Positions 10,433 to 20,643 are shown, counted from the stretch's first letter. The stretch is 64,000 nt of DNA from an uncultured candidate division Zixibacteria bacterium (GCA_963817915.1 CAWFQL010000011.1:160001-224000), one strand, 5' to 3'. Notes: a model not told the origin generated them from the letters alone. Numbers and translations are program-made.

Positions 10433-12016
10433 TTGAGTAACGATAAAAAGCAAATAAATCTTAAAGAATACTGGGGCATTCTTACGCGTCGCAAGACGCT
10501 CCTAATATTGCCTATTTTGATAATACCATTAGTCTCAATTGCGGTAAGCTATTTTTTAAAGCCTCAATATGTTTCATCTGTTACCATTTTGACCGGAGAA
10601 ACCAATATTTTGCCCCCTTCAGTCGAGAGAGAATTGCAAAGCGGACAAAGATTCGATTGGACTGAGCCGCAGGAACGGCTGATTTCGATTACGAGTAAGA
10701 TCACATCAACTAAGTATTTGAGAAGATTGATTTCAGTTCTTGATATTAAAGCTACACCTGAGATAATGAAGGTCGTGACTGAAACCAAGACCGCATTCCC
10801 GGATATTTCTGAAGCTGATCTTGCCGAAAATATTATGGCTGATCAGCTTAGAAATAATATAACTGTCAATTTACGCTCGAATAACGTTTTTGAAATTCTT
10901 TTTGCGTCCGCCGACCCAATTATGGCGCAGAAGCTTGCCAAATCACTCGCCGACATTTTTATTGAAGAGAATTTAGCACAGGATATGGCGGGGATTAGGT
11001 CCAATATCAGCTTTTCGGAAGAGCAATTAGCAGTTTATCACGAGAAGCTTAAAGATGCCGAGGACAAGTTGAAGGACTATCGTGAAGGCATTCTGGCGAC
11101 ATCTGTCGGGGAAGATACTACTGGCGCAAGCCTCCGGATGATAATTTCCGCTGCAGAAGCGCTTGATTTGGAAATACGAAAAGAAGAGGAATCTCAGGAT
11201 AGTGTGCGATTATATCTGGTAAACAATAAGGTCGATTTGGCAAATCTGGTGTTGCCGGTAAACCTGCAAAACGAAAAATCCAGGCTCATTAATCTCTTAT
11301 CGACTCTAACTGAATTGTTGACTAGAAATAGCTGGCGAGACCCCAAAGTAGTCAATTTAAACGAAGAAGCCAAAAATCTGCATGATCTCATTACACGGGA
11401 AATCGGCATTTTTACTGAAAGTCAATATGCAGATAAATCTTCTCAATTTAAAGATAAAATATCTGAATATCTAACTGGTTCGGTATCGCTCGAATATAGC
11501 AGGGCAAAGAAAGAGGCTCTCGATAAAAGCGTAGGCAAGATCAAATCGCGGATAACCAAAAATCCTGATACCGAAGTAACTATTCAGAGGCTGCAAAGCG
11601 AGGTCAATACTTATCGTGATTTGTACAATACATTCGTGATGCATTCGCAGTACGGAGCGATAGACCAATCCGCCAAGAAGGTCGAAGCTGAAGCCAAATT
11701 TATGATAATAAAGCCAGCCTCGCTCCCATTAACGCCCGAATCACCCAACAGACAGAAACTGGCATTAATGGGAATAGTTCTGGCGTTAGCAATTGGAGTG
11801 GGAGCAATCATTATACTGGAATTGCTCGATAACTCATTCAAGAAGATCGATGATGCTGAAAATTATTTGAATATTGCCGTAATAGGGACTATTCCAAAAA
11901 TCCTTCTTCCCTATTATTCGCCGATTAAAAAAAGAATTCCAATCCTAATCGGAACCGGCATCAGTTTTATGCTTATTATATTAATACTTTATTTAAATTT
12001 AAGGAAAAGCGGGTAA
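10433..12016 (+). CDS. Polysaccharide chain-length determinant (GumC/Wzc N-terminal)
   Basis: INLKEYWGILTRRK plus TM, long coiled coil, PASLPLTPESPNR plus TM, ELLDNSF. Confidence 0.88.
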   Translation: MSNDKKQINLKEYWGILTRRKTLLILPILIIPLVSIAVSYFLKPQYVSSVTILTGETNILPPSVERELQSGQRFDWTEPQERLISITSKITSTKYLRRLISVLDIKATPEIMKVVTETKTAFPDISEADLAENIMADQLRNNITVNLRSNNVFEILFASADPIMAQKLAKSLADIFIEENLAQDMAGIRSNISFSEEQLAVYHEKLKDAEDKLKDYREGILATSVGEDTTGASLRMIISAAEALDLEIRKEEESQDSVRLYLVNNKVDLANLVLPVNLQNEKSRLINLLSTLTELLTRNSWRDPKVVNLNEEAKNLHDLITREIGIFTESQYADKSSQFKDKISEYLTGSVSLEYSRAKKEALDKSVGKIKSRITKNPDTEVTIQRLQSEVNTYRDLYNTFVMHSQYGAIDQSAKKVEAEAKFMIIKPASLPLTPESPNRQKLALMGIVLALAIGVGAIIILELLDNSFKKIDDAENYLNIAVIGTIPKILLPYYSPIKKRIPILIGTGISFMLIILILYLNLRKSG

Positions 12017-12020
12017 ATAA

Positions 12021-13139
12021 GTGGTTTTCAACGGTTATACAGACAAATTCAAAAGACTGGGAAGGGAGTATCTTTTTCAGACTTCTATAGATAATAGTCG
12101 CAAACAAGTAGTAAGTTCGTTGTTTCATGCGGGGCAGCTGCTGAATAGTATCGCTACTCCATTTCAGGATGCTTCGCAGGGAGAGAAGTTGTTTGAAAAG
12201 GCGCTAAGTTTTCATAAGCAAAATCTTGGGGATCTGGATTCATTGCTTGGCTTGGCCGAACGGATGCGAAGTTTAGAAAAGCCGGATATAATCGAAAAGC
12301 TCGGGAAATCATTATGTGCAAGACAGCTTTATGATGAAGGTTTGGAACTGCTGCTTCTGGCTTCTCAGAAATACCCCGAAAGTCCCGGGCTGCATCATGT
12401 TCTCGGCAAATTATACCTGGCCAAGGGACAGGTCAATGATGCCGAAACTGAATTTGGACGCGCCGTTGATTTGGCGCCCGATTTCCCGGACTATAGAAAC
12501 GCCCTTGGAATCGCCTATTTAAAATCAAACAAGGCTGTGGCCGCAATCTCCGAATTCAAAAAAGCCGTGACGCTTAATATCTATTTTGATAAGGCTTATT
12601 TTAATCTGGGTTTGGGGTATATAGCCAATGGCATCATTAGGGAAGATTTCAATCTGGCCAAAAATCTCGTCCAAAATAGCATGGATGCTCTCCAAAAAGC
12701 CGCGTTGTTTAATCCGGCTTATAATACGGATAAATATACCGAGGGCCTTGAATTTCTTAATGAAGGCGAATATGAAAAGGCCTATTCAACGTTGTCGAAA
12801 GTTGCCGAGGAACATACATCTCGTTCCGCGGAAGAGCATTTGGTCGAATTATATCTTCGATATATTCATAACGAGACCGGAATGTCCGAAGAGGGGATTA
12901 ACAACTTTATTGAACGGATTAAAGACTTATTGAAATTAAATCCAGGATATGCCGATTTGCATAATGAATTGGGCATGGCATATACTATCCTGTGTAAATT
13001 TATGAATGATAAGGCAATTTATCATTTTCAGGAGGCGCTCAAAATTAATCCCAATTTTACAAAGGCTGTAAAAAATCTAAAATTATCGAAAAATGACTTG
13101 AAGGGATTCGAAATTCTTTTGGAAGCGATTTTAAAATGA
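12021..13139 (+). CDS. TPR-repeat protein
   Basis: Repeats such as PDFPDYRNALG, PGYADLHNELG, ALKINPNF. Confidence 0.85.
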   Translation: MVFNGYTDKFKRLGREYLFQTSIDNSRKQVVSSLFHAGQLLNSIATPFQDASQGEKLFEKALSFHKQNLGDLDSLLGLAERMRSLEKPDIIEKLGKSLCARQLYDEGLELLLLASQKYPESPGLHHVLGKLYLAKGQVNDAETEFGRAVDLAPDFPDYRNALGIAYLKSNKAVAAISEFKKAVTLNIYFDKAYFNLGLGYIANGIIREDFNLAKNLVQNSMDALQKAALFNPAYNTDKYTEGLEFLNEGEYEKAYSTLSKVAEEHTSRSAEEHLVELYLRYIHNETGMSEEGINNFIERIKDLLKLNPGYADLHNELGMAYTILCKFMNDKAIYHFQEALKINPNFTKAVKNLKLSKNDLKGFEILLEAILK

Positions 13140-13864
13140 AAAATAACGGCAAATTTCCGCCATTAACGGCTGTCTTCGATAAGGAATCATCGGTTGCGAC
13201 TGAATTCAGAAGGCTTTATTCCAATTTAAAATCCCGCAAGGGAACTGAAAATTTAAAAACGATAATGATTACTTCCGCGATAATTGGCGAGGGCAAATCC
13301 CTTACAAGTTCCCTGCTATCAATGACAATGGCGGATCTGACCAAAGCCAAAATTGGATTGGTTGATTTCGATTTAAGACGTCCCAAATTGAATATTTATT
13401 TTAATTTGCCTATAGAAAATGGCGTCTCCGATGTCCTTGGGGGCAAAATCGGCATAAAGGAAATTTGCCGCAAGACTACTATACCAAATCTGACAGTGCT
13501 TTGCGCGGGGAAACCAAATAATAATCCAAGCGAAATTATCGATAGAGCCGATATACCTGCATTTTTTCAGGAGCTAAAATTCTATTTCGATTACATTGTG
13601 ATCGATTCGCCCCCTGTAATTCCCGTTTCGGATCCATTGCTGATCGCTGATCAGGTTGATGGCGTGTTATTAGTTGTAAGGGCCGGAACAACCCAGCGCG
13701 AGGTAGTCGGCAGGGCCGTAAATCTTCTGAAGAATGCCAAAGTCAATCTTCTTGGCGCCGTATTGAATGACTGCGAAAGCGTTTTGCCCTATTATTACAA
13801 AGAAAGCTACTACGGATATCGTTATTATCACAAAGATAATAAAAAATCCCAAAAGACCGCATAA
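13136..13864 (+). CDS. CpsD/CapB-family bacterial tyrosine kinase
   Basis: EFRRLYSNL, ITSAIIGEGKS, VDFDLRRP, VIDSPP, C-terminal Tyr cluster YYYKESYYGYRYY. Confidence 0.93.
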   Translation: MKNNGKFPPLTAVFDKESSVATEFRRLYSNLKSRKGTENLKTIMITSAIIGEGKSLTSSLLSMTMADLTKAKIGLVDFDLRRPKLNIYFNLPIENGVSDVLGGKIGIKEICRKTTIPNLTVLCAGKPNNNPSEIIDRADIPAFFQELKFYFDYIVIDSPPVIPVSDPLLIADQVDGVLLVVRAGTTQREVVGRAVNLLKNAKVNLLGAVLNDCESVLPYYYKESYYGYRYYHKDNKKSQKTA

Positions 13865-14083
13865 CCCCGACCTTAATGCATTTTTGTTGCATTGTATTGC
13901 ATAGTGGGTTGATTTAGTCCATTTTAGTTACCCCATATTTTAGCCTAATATTAATTTATGTTCTTATTTCACGCCGCCATTGTGGTAATATAACTTATTA
14001 CACTGTTTATATTTATAAGACAATGAGCATTAAAATTAATATCAATAAAATTAACTAAAGTTGAATCTCTCAAATCCCATTTG

Positions 14084-14099
14084 TGGCAGATATTTTGCA
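14084..14099 (+). promoter_or_regulatory. sigma54 (-24/-12) promoter of the sugar transferase
   Basis: TGGCAGATATTTTGCA has exact GG-N10-GC spacing and lies 42 bp before the ATG, after a long AT-rich region. Confidence 0.75.
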
Positions 14100-14140
14100 T
14101 TAGGTCATATCAACTTAGAGGATAGAGGGAGAAGACTGTT

Positions 14141-15040
14141 ATGCGTTATCAAAATCCAATTCCAAGCCCCATGGCACACTACTGGGAAGAAGAGGCAATT
14201 AATGCCTGGGGAACTTGGTTAAGGTTACGTAAGGGCGGTCGCCGCGTCTTAAATTTTGTGCTTAGCGAAGTAGTTCTTGCTAATATTTATCTGCTTTCCG
14301 GCTTGATCGCAAACTCTGGCCTGCTCTTGGAAGCAAGAGCAAAGTCCGCAGTTTTATCGAATCATATAAACATCGGAGCGATTCTTAAAAGATCTGTGGA
14401 TATTATCGGAGCGGCATTTGGGCTGGTATTGACATTGCCTATCTGGATAATAGTACCGATCGCCATTAAACTGGATAGTTGCGGATCAGTTTTTTATACT
14501 CAGGAAAGAGTTGGGATTAACAGACGCAGAGGCAATCGCAGAAAAATTGCTGTCGATGGCGAAGAAAATAGAGTTTCGGTCGAAAGAAGAAAGAAATTCA
14601 GCTACGGTAGATCATTTACGATATTAAAATTCCGAACTATGTACATCAACGCAGAATCGATTTCAGGTCCGAAATGGGCATGCAAGAATGATCCCAGAGT
14701 GACAAAATTGGGACGAATTATGAGAGCCACCAGGATTGATGAAATTCCCCAATTATTGAATGTTTTAATGGGAGATATGAGCCTGGTTGGGCCGCGGCCG
14801 GAAAGACCGTTCTTTGTAGACAAGCTTCGTCAAAGTATCGATGAGTATGCCTGCAGATTCGAGGTAAAGCCGGGAATCACAGGGCTTGCTCAGGTCGAAC
14901 ATAAATATGACGAGAGTCTCGAGGATGTAAGCAAGAAAATTAAGTATGATCTTAATTATATTCGAAATTGGACTTTATTCCAGGATATGAAGATTATCGT
15001 TAAGACCATATCGGTGGTTTTAACCGCCCGAGGGATGTAG
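14141..15040 (+). CDS. Priming glycosyl-1-phosphate transferase (WcaJ/WbaP-like sugar transferase)
   Basis: KRSVDI, KFRTM, DPRVT, IDEIPQLLNVLMGDMSLVGPRPER, KPGITGLAQV. Confidence 0.93.
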   Translation: MRYQNPIPSPMAHYWEEEAINAWGTWLRLRKGGRRVLNFVLSEVVLANIYLLSGLIANSGLLLEARAKSAVLSNHINIGAILKRSVDIIGAAFGLVLTLPIWIIVPIAIKLDSCGSVFYTQERVGINRRRGNRRKIAVDGEENRVSVERRKKFSYGRSFTILKFRTMYINAESISGPKWACKNDPRVTKLGRIMRATRIDEIPQLLNVLMGDMSLVGPRPERPFFVDKLRQSIDEYACRFEVKPGITGLAQVEHKYDESLEDVSKKIKYDLNYIRNWTLFQDMKIIVKTISVVLTARGM

Positions 15041-15062
15041 AATTAATAAGGTTAATGGTACC

Positions 15063-15092
15063 GACGGGGATTGCAATCCCCGTCTTTTTTTT
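15063..15092 (+). terminator. Rho-independent terminator
   Basis: GACGGGGATTGCAATCCCCGTC hairpin followed by T8. Confidence 0.85.
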
Positions 15093-15297
15093 GCATAATT
15101 TTAATTATGTTCCAGTCGATATCATAATTAGGATGAGATCGACTATTTCCCCCAAAATTATATTTTGAGTTTTGAATATGATTATGGTATAAGTAATAGG
15201 TAATTATGGCCAGGAAGATAAATATTTAACAGATCACCATCCAAGGCCATTTAGATTTCGTGGATGGTGAGATAAAATGCTTAATTCGGAGACTACA

Positions 15298-16002
15298 ATG
15301 ATAAAGAGAATTTTCATAATGATTGTATTGGCTCTATTGATTTTTCAAACAAGCGTCTGGGCCCAGGACAAGGATAATATCATCTTAACTACCAGACCGG
15401 CCGGAGCTACTATTTACTTGAATGGCGAATATGAGGTTGTAGCCAATGCGCCCGCCAGACTGCCGTCAAGCATCGCGGGGCGCTATAATGTCAAAATAAC
15501 GCGGCCGGGTTATGAGACCTGGAAAGGCATCCTTACTTTTGTCCCAGGCAGTGCCAATAATATGACTATCGATCTGAGTAGGAAGACAAGATTCAAATCA
15601 TGCCTGCGTTCGATTTTTATTCCGGGATGGGGCCAGATCTATTCAGGGCAGACCCTGAAGGGAAGCGCTATTACCGGAGCGGCGATTCTATCCGCTGCCT
15701 CATTTTATTTCGCGGATAAACGCTATCAAAAGAAAAAAACAGATTTCGATATCGCCATGTCAGAATATAGAGTGGCGACTTCAGCTGAAGATCAAATCAG
15801 GCTCAAAGTTAATTTGGATAGTCGGCAGCGTTCGGCATACCAGGCTGAGACCGATAGACGCACGGCCATGGGAGTTGCGGCCGCTGTTTGGGCATACAAT
15901 ATAATAGACGCTTTAATTTTCTTTCCTGACAATGAATTATTTTATCCTTCGGCTGTTGCTTTAAATGATGGTGCCATGTTGAAATTTACGATGGAATTTT
16001 AG
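15298..16002 (+). CDS. Secreted PEGA + DUF5683-like domain protein
   Basis: Signal peptide, TRPAGATIYLNG/ITRPGYE (PEGA), RSIFIPGWGQIY, WAYNIIDA. GGAG RBS favours start 15298 over 15277. Confidence 0.75.
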   Translation: MIKRIFIMIVLALLIFQTSVWAQDKDNIILTTRPAGATIYLNGEYEVVANAPARLPSSIAGRYNVKITRPGYETWKGILTFVPGSANNMTIDLSRKTRFKSCLRSIFIPGWGQIYSGQTLKGSAITGAAILSAASFYFADKRYQKKKTDFDIAMSEYRVATSAEDQIRLKVNLDSRQRSAYQAETDRRTAMGVAAAVWAYNIIDALIFFPDNELFYPSAVALNDGAMLKFTMEF

Positions 16003-16016
16003 GGTGGGGGATATTT

Positions 16017-17879
16017 ATGAAAATTGATAATATTAAAATAATAAGCATAATAATGCTTCTCTTCGTCGTAATCGCGGTGGGGTGTTCCAGAAAAATTACC
16101 GAGCCGGTATCTCCTCCGATCAATAATTTTGTCCCTCCAACTCCTGAAAGTGTTCTTGCTACAGTGGGTGACAGGACCATCGTACTGTCCTGGACAATTT
16201 CAGATACCAGTAGGATAGCACATTATAAAATTTATATGTCGGATTCGCTCCAGGGAACATATAATTTGCAGGCAGAACCGGCAGTACAGACATACTCATT
16301 AAGTGATCTTCAAAATGGCACAATCTATTTTATCAGAGTTTCCGCGGTAAGCGATTCGGGTTTTGAGGGCTATAGAAGCGCTCCGATTTCAGTGACGCCT
16401 GATGTTTTCTCTATTCTTATCGATAATGGCGCTCTCTATACAAATCGACTTGATTTAAACCTGGCACTGACCGCTCCGGTCGGTACAAGGCTAATGCAGA
16501 TATCAAATAATTCCGAGTTTTCCGGCGCTCAATGGGAGCCATTCGCTGTAACGCGTACCTGGCAATTGCTGCCCGGAGATGGGATTAAATCAGTGTATGC
16601 GCGCTTCAGGGATTTCAATGATTATTCAACCACAAATAATATTTCCGACCAGATTGAGCTGGACACCAAGGCCATGGTCGATTCAGTTACATTCGAGCCG
16701 ATACAGGGCTTTTTTGTCGCGGGAAATACTGTTCGTTTTAGATTATATTCAGGTGAACCTTACGGCAGCGCGTCGATCACTGTCGGAAATAATTTGCTGA
16801 ATTTGACATTATATGATGATGGCAGCATGGGAGATTCTATCGCGGGAGATGGTATTTACGAATTGAATTACCAAATCCCCGGTTTTCTCGATTTTGAAAA
16901 TGAGATGGTTATAGGCGGCTTCACTGACCGTGCCGGAAATACCGCTCAGCAGGCTCAGGCAGCAGCGTTTTTCTCTGTGCGCCGCCACCCCGACGCTATT
17001 TCTATCAATAGTCTGTTTCCCCCATTGCAGTATTATGATAGAGTTGAAATTTCCTGGGGGCAGTCGCAGGCGCCCGATTTCGCGAGCTATAGAGTATACA
17101 GGAAGGCCACGTCCGGGGTTGATTCCAGCTCGACACTGGTCCTTTTGGCCACGTCGGCAGGAGCTACGACCGCAATAGATAGCGGACTTGCCGCCAGCAC
17201 TCAATATTATTATCGAGTGTACGTTGTCGACAATACTGGGCTTTGGGCCGGTTCATCGGAAAGTCACGTTACCACCAATTCTGATCAGCCGCCTGTGCCG
17301 GTTACTCTGATGCCAATATCTACTCTGCCCGATCAATACCAAAATGTTACCGTTTCGTGGACAGAATCCGGCGATGTGGATTATTCAAATTACAGATTGT
17401 ATCGTTGGATTGCCGGTTCGCCCAGATCAGACAGCGCGCTGGTAACCATAATATCCGATAGGGCGACTACAGCTTTCGAGGATCATCCGCTATTTGGGGC
17501 CGGCCAGAATACTATTACTTACCGGTATATTATTCATTTATATGATATCGGCGGTAACCACGCCGCATCCGATAGTGTCAATGCGACTCTTACGGATCTG
17601 ATTCCACCTCAGGTATCGGGGAATGTAGCCCCATCGGAAAATTCTCTCATTATCACCTGGGCGCCGTCGACAATTCCGGATTTCGCGTCGTACCGGCTTC
17701 TGCGCAATACAACATCGAATCCAGCCACAGCCATCACGGTATTTGTCGCATCGGATTCAGCCACTATCACCTACACCGATGCCAACACCGTGACGGGGCA
17801 GACTTACTATTATTGGCTGGATATATTTGATAGGCGAGATAATAGCTCCCGCACACTATTAGGCAGCGCGAATTGGTAG
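16017..17879 (+). CDS. Lipoprotein with multiple fibronectin type III domains
   Basis: Lipobox IAVG-C, FN3 repeats (LSW...YKIY; ISW..YRVYR), LYDDGSMGDSIAGDGIY choice-of-anchor X-like motif. Confidence 0.8.
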   Translation: MKIDNIKIISIIMLLFVVIAVGCSRKITEPVSPPINNFVPPTPESVLATVGDRTIVLSWTISDTSRIAHYKIYMSDSLQGTYNLQAEPAVQTYSLSDLQNGTIYFIRVSAVSDSGFEGYRSAPISVTPDVFSILIDNGALYTNRLDLNLALTAPVGTRLMQISNNSEFSGAQWEPFAVTRTWQLLPGDGIKSVYARFRDFNDYSTTNNISDQIELDTKAMVDSVTFEPIQGFFVAGNTVRFRLYSGEPYGSASITVGNNLLNLTLYDDGSMGDSIAGDGIYELNYQIPGFLDFENEMVIGGFTDRAGNTAQQAQAAAFFSVRRHPDAISINSLFPPLQYYDRVEISWGQSQAPDFASYRVYRKATSGVDSSSTLVLLATSAGATTAIDSGLAASTQYYYRVYVVDNTGLWAGSSESHVTTNSDQPPVPVTLMPISTLPDQYQNVTVSWTESGDVDYSNYRLYRWIAGSPRSDSALVTIISDRATTAFEDHPLFGAGQNTITYRYIIHLYDIGGNHAASDSVNATLTDLIPPQVSGNVAPSENSLIITWAPSTIPDFASYRLLRNTTSNPATAITVFVASDSATITYTDANTVTGQTYYYWLDIFDRRDNSSRTLLGSANW

Positions 17880-17880
17880 A

Positions 17881-18726
17881 ATGAAATATACCGCGCTCGA
17901 CAAGATAAACTTGTTTTTATCCTTTTATGGCCGGCTGTTTTCGGCGATTTTCAGGATTTCCTTATGGTTTCCATTTTTGATATTGGCATTAATTCAGTCG
18001 TCTGCGCTTCTGGGCTTGCTCTGGTACTATAAACCTGGATTTAACAATATTGTTTTCCCAATCTTATCACTGATTCTTCCTGCGCAGGTTTTTCATTATC
18101 CGCAATATTACCTGGTATTGCCGTCGATTTATACATTTATCGATGGCTTGATTATCGGCCCGACATTATGGGTAATATTGTCGGCGGCATCGGTTTACAA
18201 ATTGGGTGGATATTTTTCCGATAACGGCAGAAAATTATCAGATGGATTTTCGAAGGCTGTCAAATCATATTGGCCGCTATTGCTCTTCTGGCTTATTGAA
18301 ACATGTTTAGCGCTGATTGTATTATTTGTCCCATCCAATGTTTTATCTTCATATATTGTAGGATCACCAAGAGCCAAATTTGCCCTGGAATTAGCGCTGC
18401 AATTGTTTTCCCTTGGCATATCATCATTCCTGATATTCACAATTCCCGGGGTGATGATCGGCGGCAAGGGCGTTGGACAAGCGATGGCCGATAGTATCAG
18501 GCTATGCTTCCATAATATGATATTGACCTATTCAATAGTCTTGATACCCAATCTGATTAGGATCGGTGTAGATCTAGTATTGACCAATTATGCCATAAAT
18601 ATTGTCAGCAAATTGGATCCAGCGCTGATTATGACTATTATCCTGTTTAAAATAGTGAGCGGGATTTTCATCAATTTATTTGTTTATGGCGCGGCTGTGG
18701 GCGTCTATACCGAAATGTCCGATTAA
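17881..18726 (+). CDS. Integral membrane protein of unknown function
   Basis: 281-aa ORF with about six hydrophobic segments, coupled to the upstream gene. Confidence 0.7.
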   Translation: MKYTALDKINLFLSFYGRLFSAIFRISLWFPFLILALIQSSALLGLLWYYKPGFNNIVFPILSLILPAQVFHYPQYYLVLPSIYTFIDGLIIGPTLWVILSAASVYKLGGYFSDNGRKLSDGFSKAVKSYWPLLLFWLIETCLALIVLFVPSNVLSSYIVGSPRAKFALELALQLFSLGISSFLIFTIPGVMIGGKGVGQAMADSIRLCFHNMILTYSIVLIPNLIRIGVDLVLTNYAINIVSKLDPALIMTIILFKIVSGIFINLFVYGAAVGVYTEMSD

Positions 18727-18811
18727 TTCAAAAAGCTCCCCAATCCAATATTAAATCGCCTTTTTTTAATTTATATCTTCAAGATTTCGGATTTATTCCG
18801 ACAACAGTACT

Positions 18812-20572
18812 ATGGTACTGAATTTGATTCTTCCAGTGGTTATAGCCGTAATCTCATTCCTGTTTTTCGCGGGGCAGACCTGTCCGACATTTTATTTTTG
18901 GGATTCGGCTGAGCTTACCGCGGCAATATTGAATTCCGGCATACCGCATGCGTCCGGTTTTCCGTTCTTTCTTTTGGCGGCAAAAATTTGGCTTGGCATA
19001 CTGCCCGATAATCCTGCTCATTCACTAAATTTGTTCTCGGCATTCTTTGCCGCGCTGGGCCTGGCAGTATGGTTTGCAGTCATACAAACTGTAATCAAAA
19101 GGTCCGAAATTGTTAAAGGCGCCCTTTTGATATCTTTATCCGCGCTCGTAGGGACAATAATAATGGCAATATCGTTGACCTATAGTATTCAGGCCACTCG
19201 ACTCGAAGTTTATTCTTTTAACTTTTTCGGCTTCGCATTAATGACTTACTTCGCCCTGAAAATATCCGAATCAGCCAATTATCCCTACTGGTGGCTTGGC
19301 GCACTTACGGTCATAATAGGGTTATTCCTCGGAGTACATACTCTGACAATCGCATTGGCTATCCCCGGAATACTTCTATTCCCCATCATTAGAAAACGCC
19401 TCAAATTCAAATGGGTGACAGCAGTAGCACTGGGCGCATTGTTGATTGTGGTGCTTTTGTATTCAAGCATTATGGTAATGGCATCTCACAATCCGATCTT
19501 GAATTGGGGCAATCCCTCGAATCCTGGGCGGCTGATTGATTATATTACCGCGAGCGACTTTTCGAAGAATTTCAAATGGCTCAGCCTTGATCATATAAGC
19601 GCGAATTTTTCTTTTGTTTTGGACCTGATGTCCAAGCAAATCGGACTGGTCAGCCTGCTGTTATCGATTTGGGGAATTTTCTATTTGGCATTTAGAAAGG
19701 TTTCTATCGGACTGCCGCTATTGATTATCATGATCCTGAATTTCTTTTCCATAATAATGGCTGAAAATTATTTCTATGAGAATTACGATCTTCATGGATA
19801 TCTAATGATATCCCTGGCGATTCTTGCAGTAGGATTGGCCACATCGATGATGCTAATTTATAGCTATGTATCAAGCCGACTTTCAATTCTACAAGTAAGA
19901 TTCTCAAATATAATTCTCATCATATTATTGGTTGCAGGCTCTTACGCTATTCTCTATCAACCATTGAATGATAATCTGTATTGCGGCGATCTTTCAAAAA
20001 CCAATGAGGCTAAAGTCTTTGCCGCGGGATTTCTGGAGAATGCGCCGGACAGCAGCCTGATTGTCACATCATCCTATAATACTTATTTTACTCTGCTGGC
20101 GTATCAATCTCTTTATGGCAATAATAAAAATCAAAAAGTCCTGAATCTCTATAACTGGGATCATAAATGGGGGAGGGAAGCGACTGATAATCTCCTTAAG
20201 ATGACATCAGCAATCAATTTGGATCGGCAGGCATATTACAGAGGATTTCTAAATCAGTATATGAATCAACGACCAATATATGTTGAATATGATCAATCGA
20301 GCGGAGCCGCGGCAAGATATCTCAGGCCGGACGGTCCGGGGTATATATTTTCGGCTTCGGATACCTCCAATATAAGTGTCGAAGATTCCTGGCGCGATAT
20401 CAATTCTCATCTTTTGACTGCGACATCTTCTAACGATATCGAAAATATCAGAACCTGGATCAACTGGTTTCAGAATCGCGGCGAATTTTACCGCCGAAAA
20501 GGCAATGAAACTCTCGCACTACATTATTTCGGTTTAATCGAACCACTTGCAATGTTGGCTGTACTCAAATAA
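18812..20572 (+). CDS. DUF2723 / TMEM260-like GT-C membrane glycosyltransferase
   Basis: WDSAELTAA..GIPHASGFP, QATRLEVYS, LNWGNP motifs; multiple TM helices. Confidence 0.8.
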   Translation: MVLNLILPVVIAVISFLFFAGQTCPTFYFWDSAELTAAILNSGIPHASGFPFFLLAAKIWLGILPDNPAHSLNLFSAFFAALGLAVWFAVIQTVIKRSEIVKGALLISLSALVGTIIMAISLTYSIQATRLEVYSFNFFGFALMTYFALKISESANYPYWWLGALTVIIGLFLGVHTLTIALAIPGILLFPIIRKRLKFKWVTAVALGALLIVVLLYSSIMVMASHNPILNWGNPSNPGRLIDYITASDFSKNFKWLSLDHISANFSFVLDLMSKQIGLVSLLLSIWGIFYLAFRKVSIGLPLLIIMILNFFSIIMAENYFYENYDLHGYLMISLAILAVGLATSMMLIYSYVSSRLSILQVRFSNIILIILLVAGSYAILYQPLNDNLYCGDLSKTNEAKVFAAGFLENAPDSSLIVTSSYNTYFTLLAYQSLYGNNKNQKVLNLYNWDHKWGREATDNLLKMTSAINLDRQAYYRGFLNQYMNQRPIYVEYDQSSGAAARYLRPDGPGYIFSASDTSNISVEDSWRDINSHLLTATSSNDIENIRTWINWFQNRGEFYRRKGNETLALHYFGLIEPLAMLAVLK

Positions 20573-20623
20573 AATATACTCATGATCCCCAAATTTAACT
20601 GAATAATTTTCTGACGCCGGGTA

Positions 20624-20643
20624 TTGCATTTTGCAAAATGCAA
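20624..20643. promoter_or_regulatory. Perfect 20-bp palindrome, candidate enhancer for the pilin sigma54 promoter
   Basis: TTGCATTTTG|CAAAATGCAA, about 135 bp upstream of the -24 element. Confidence 0.55.

Noticed and set aside
18779..18804. sigma28 promoters before DUF2723 (and at 15096-15122)
   Set aside because: Degenerate -10 boxes (TCCGACAA, GTCGATAT) and imperfect spacing or -35; too weak to call.
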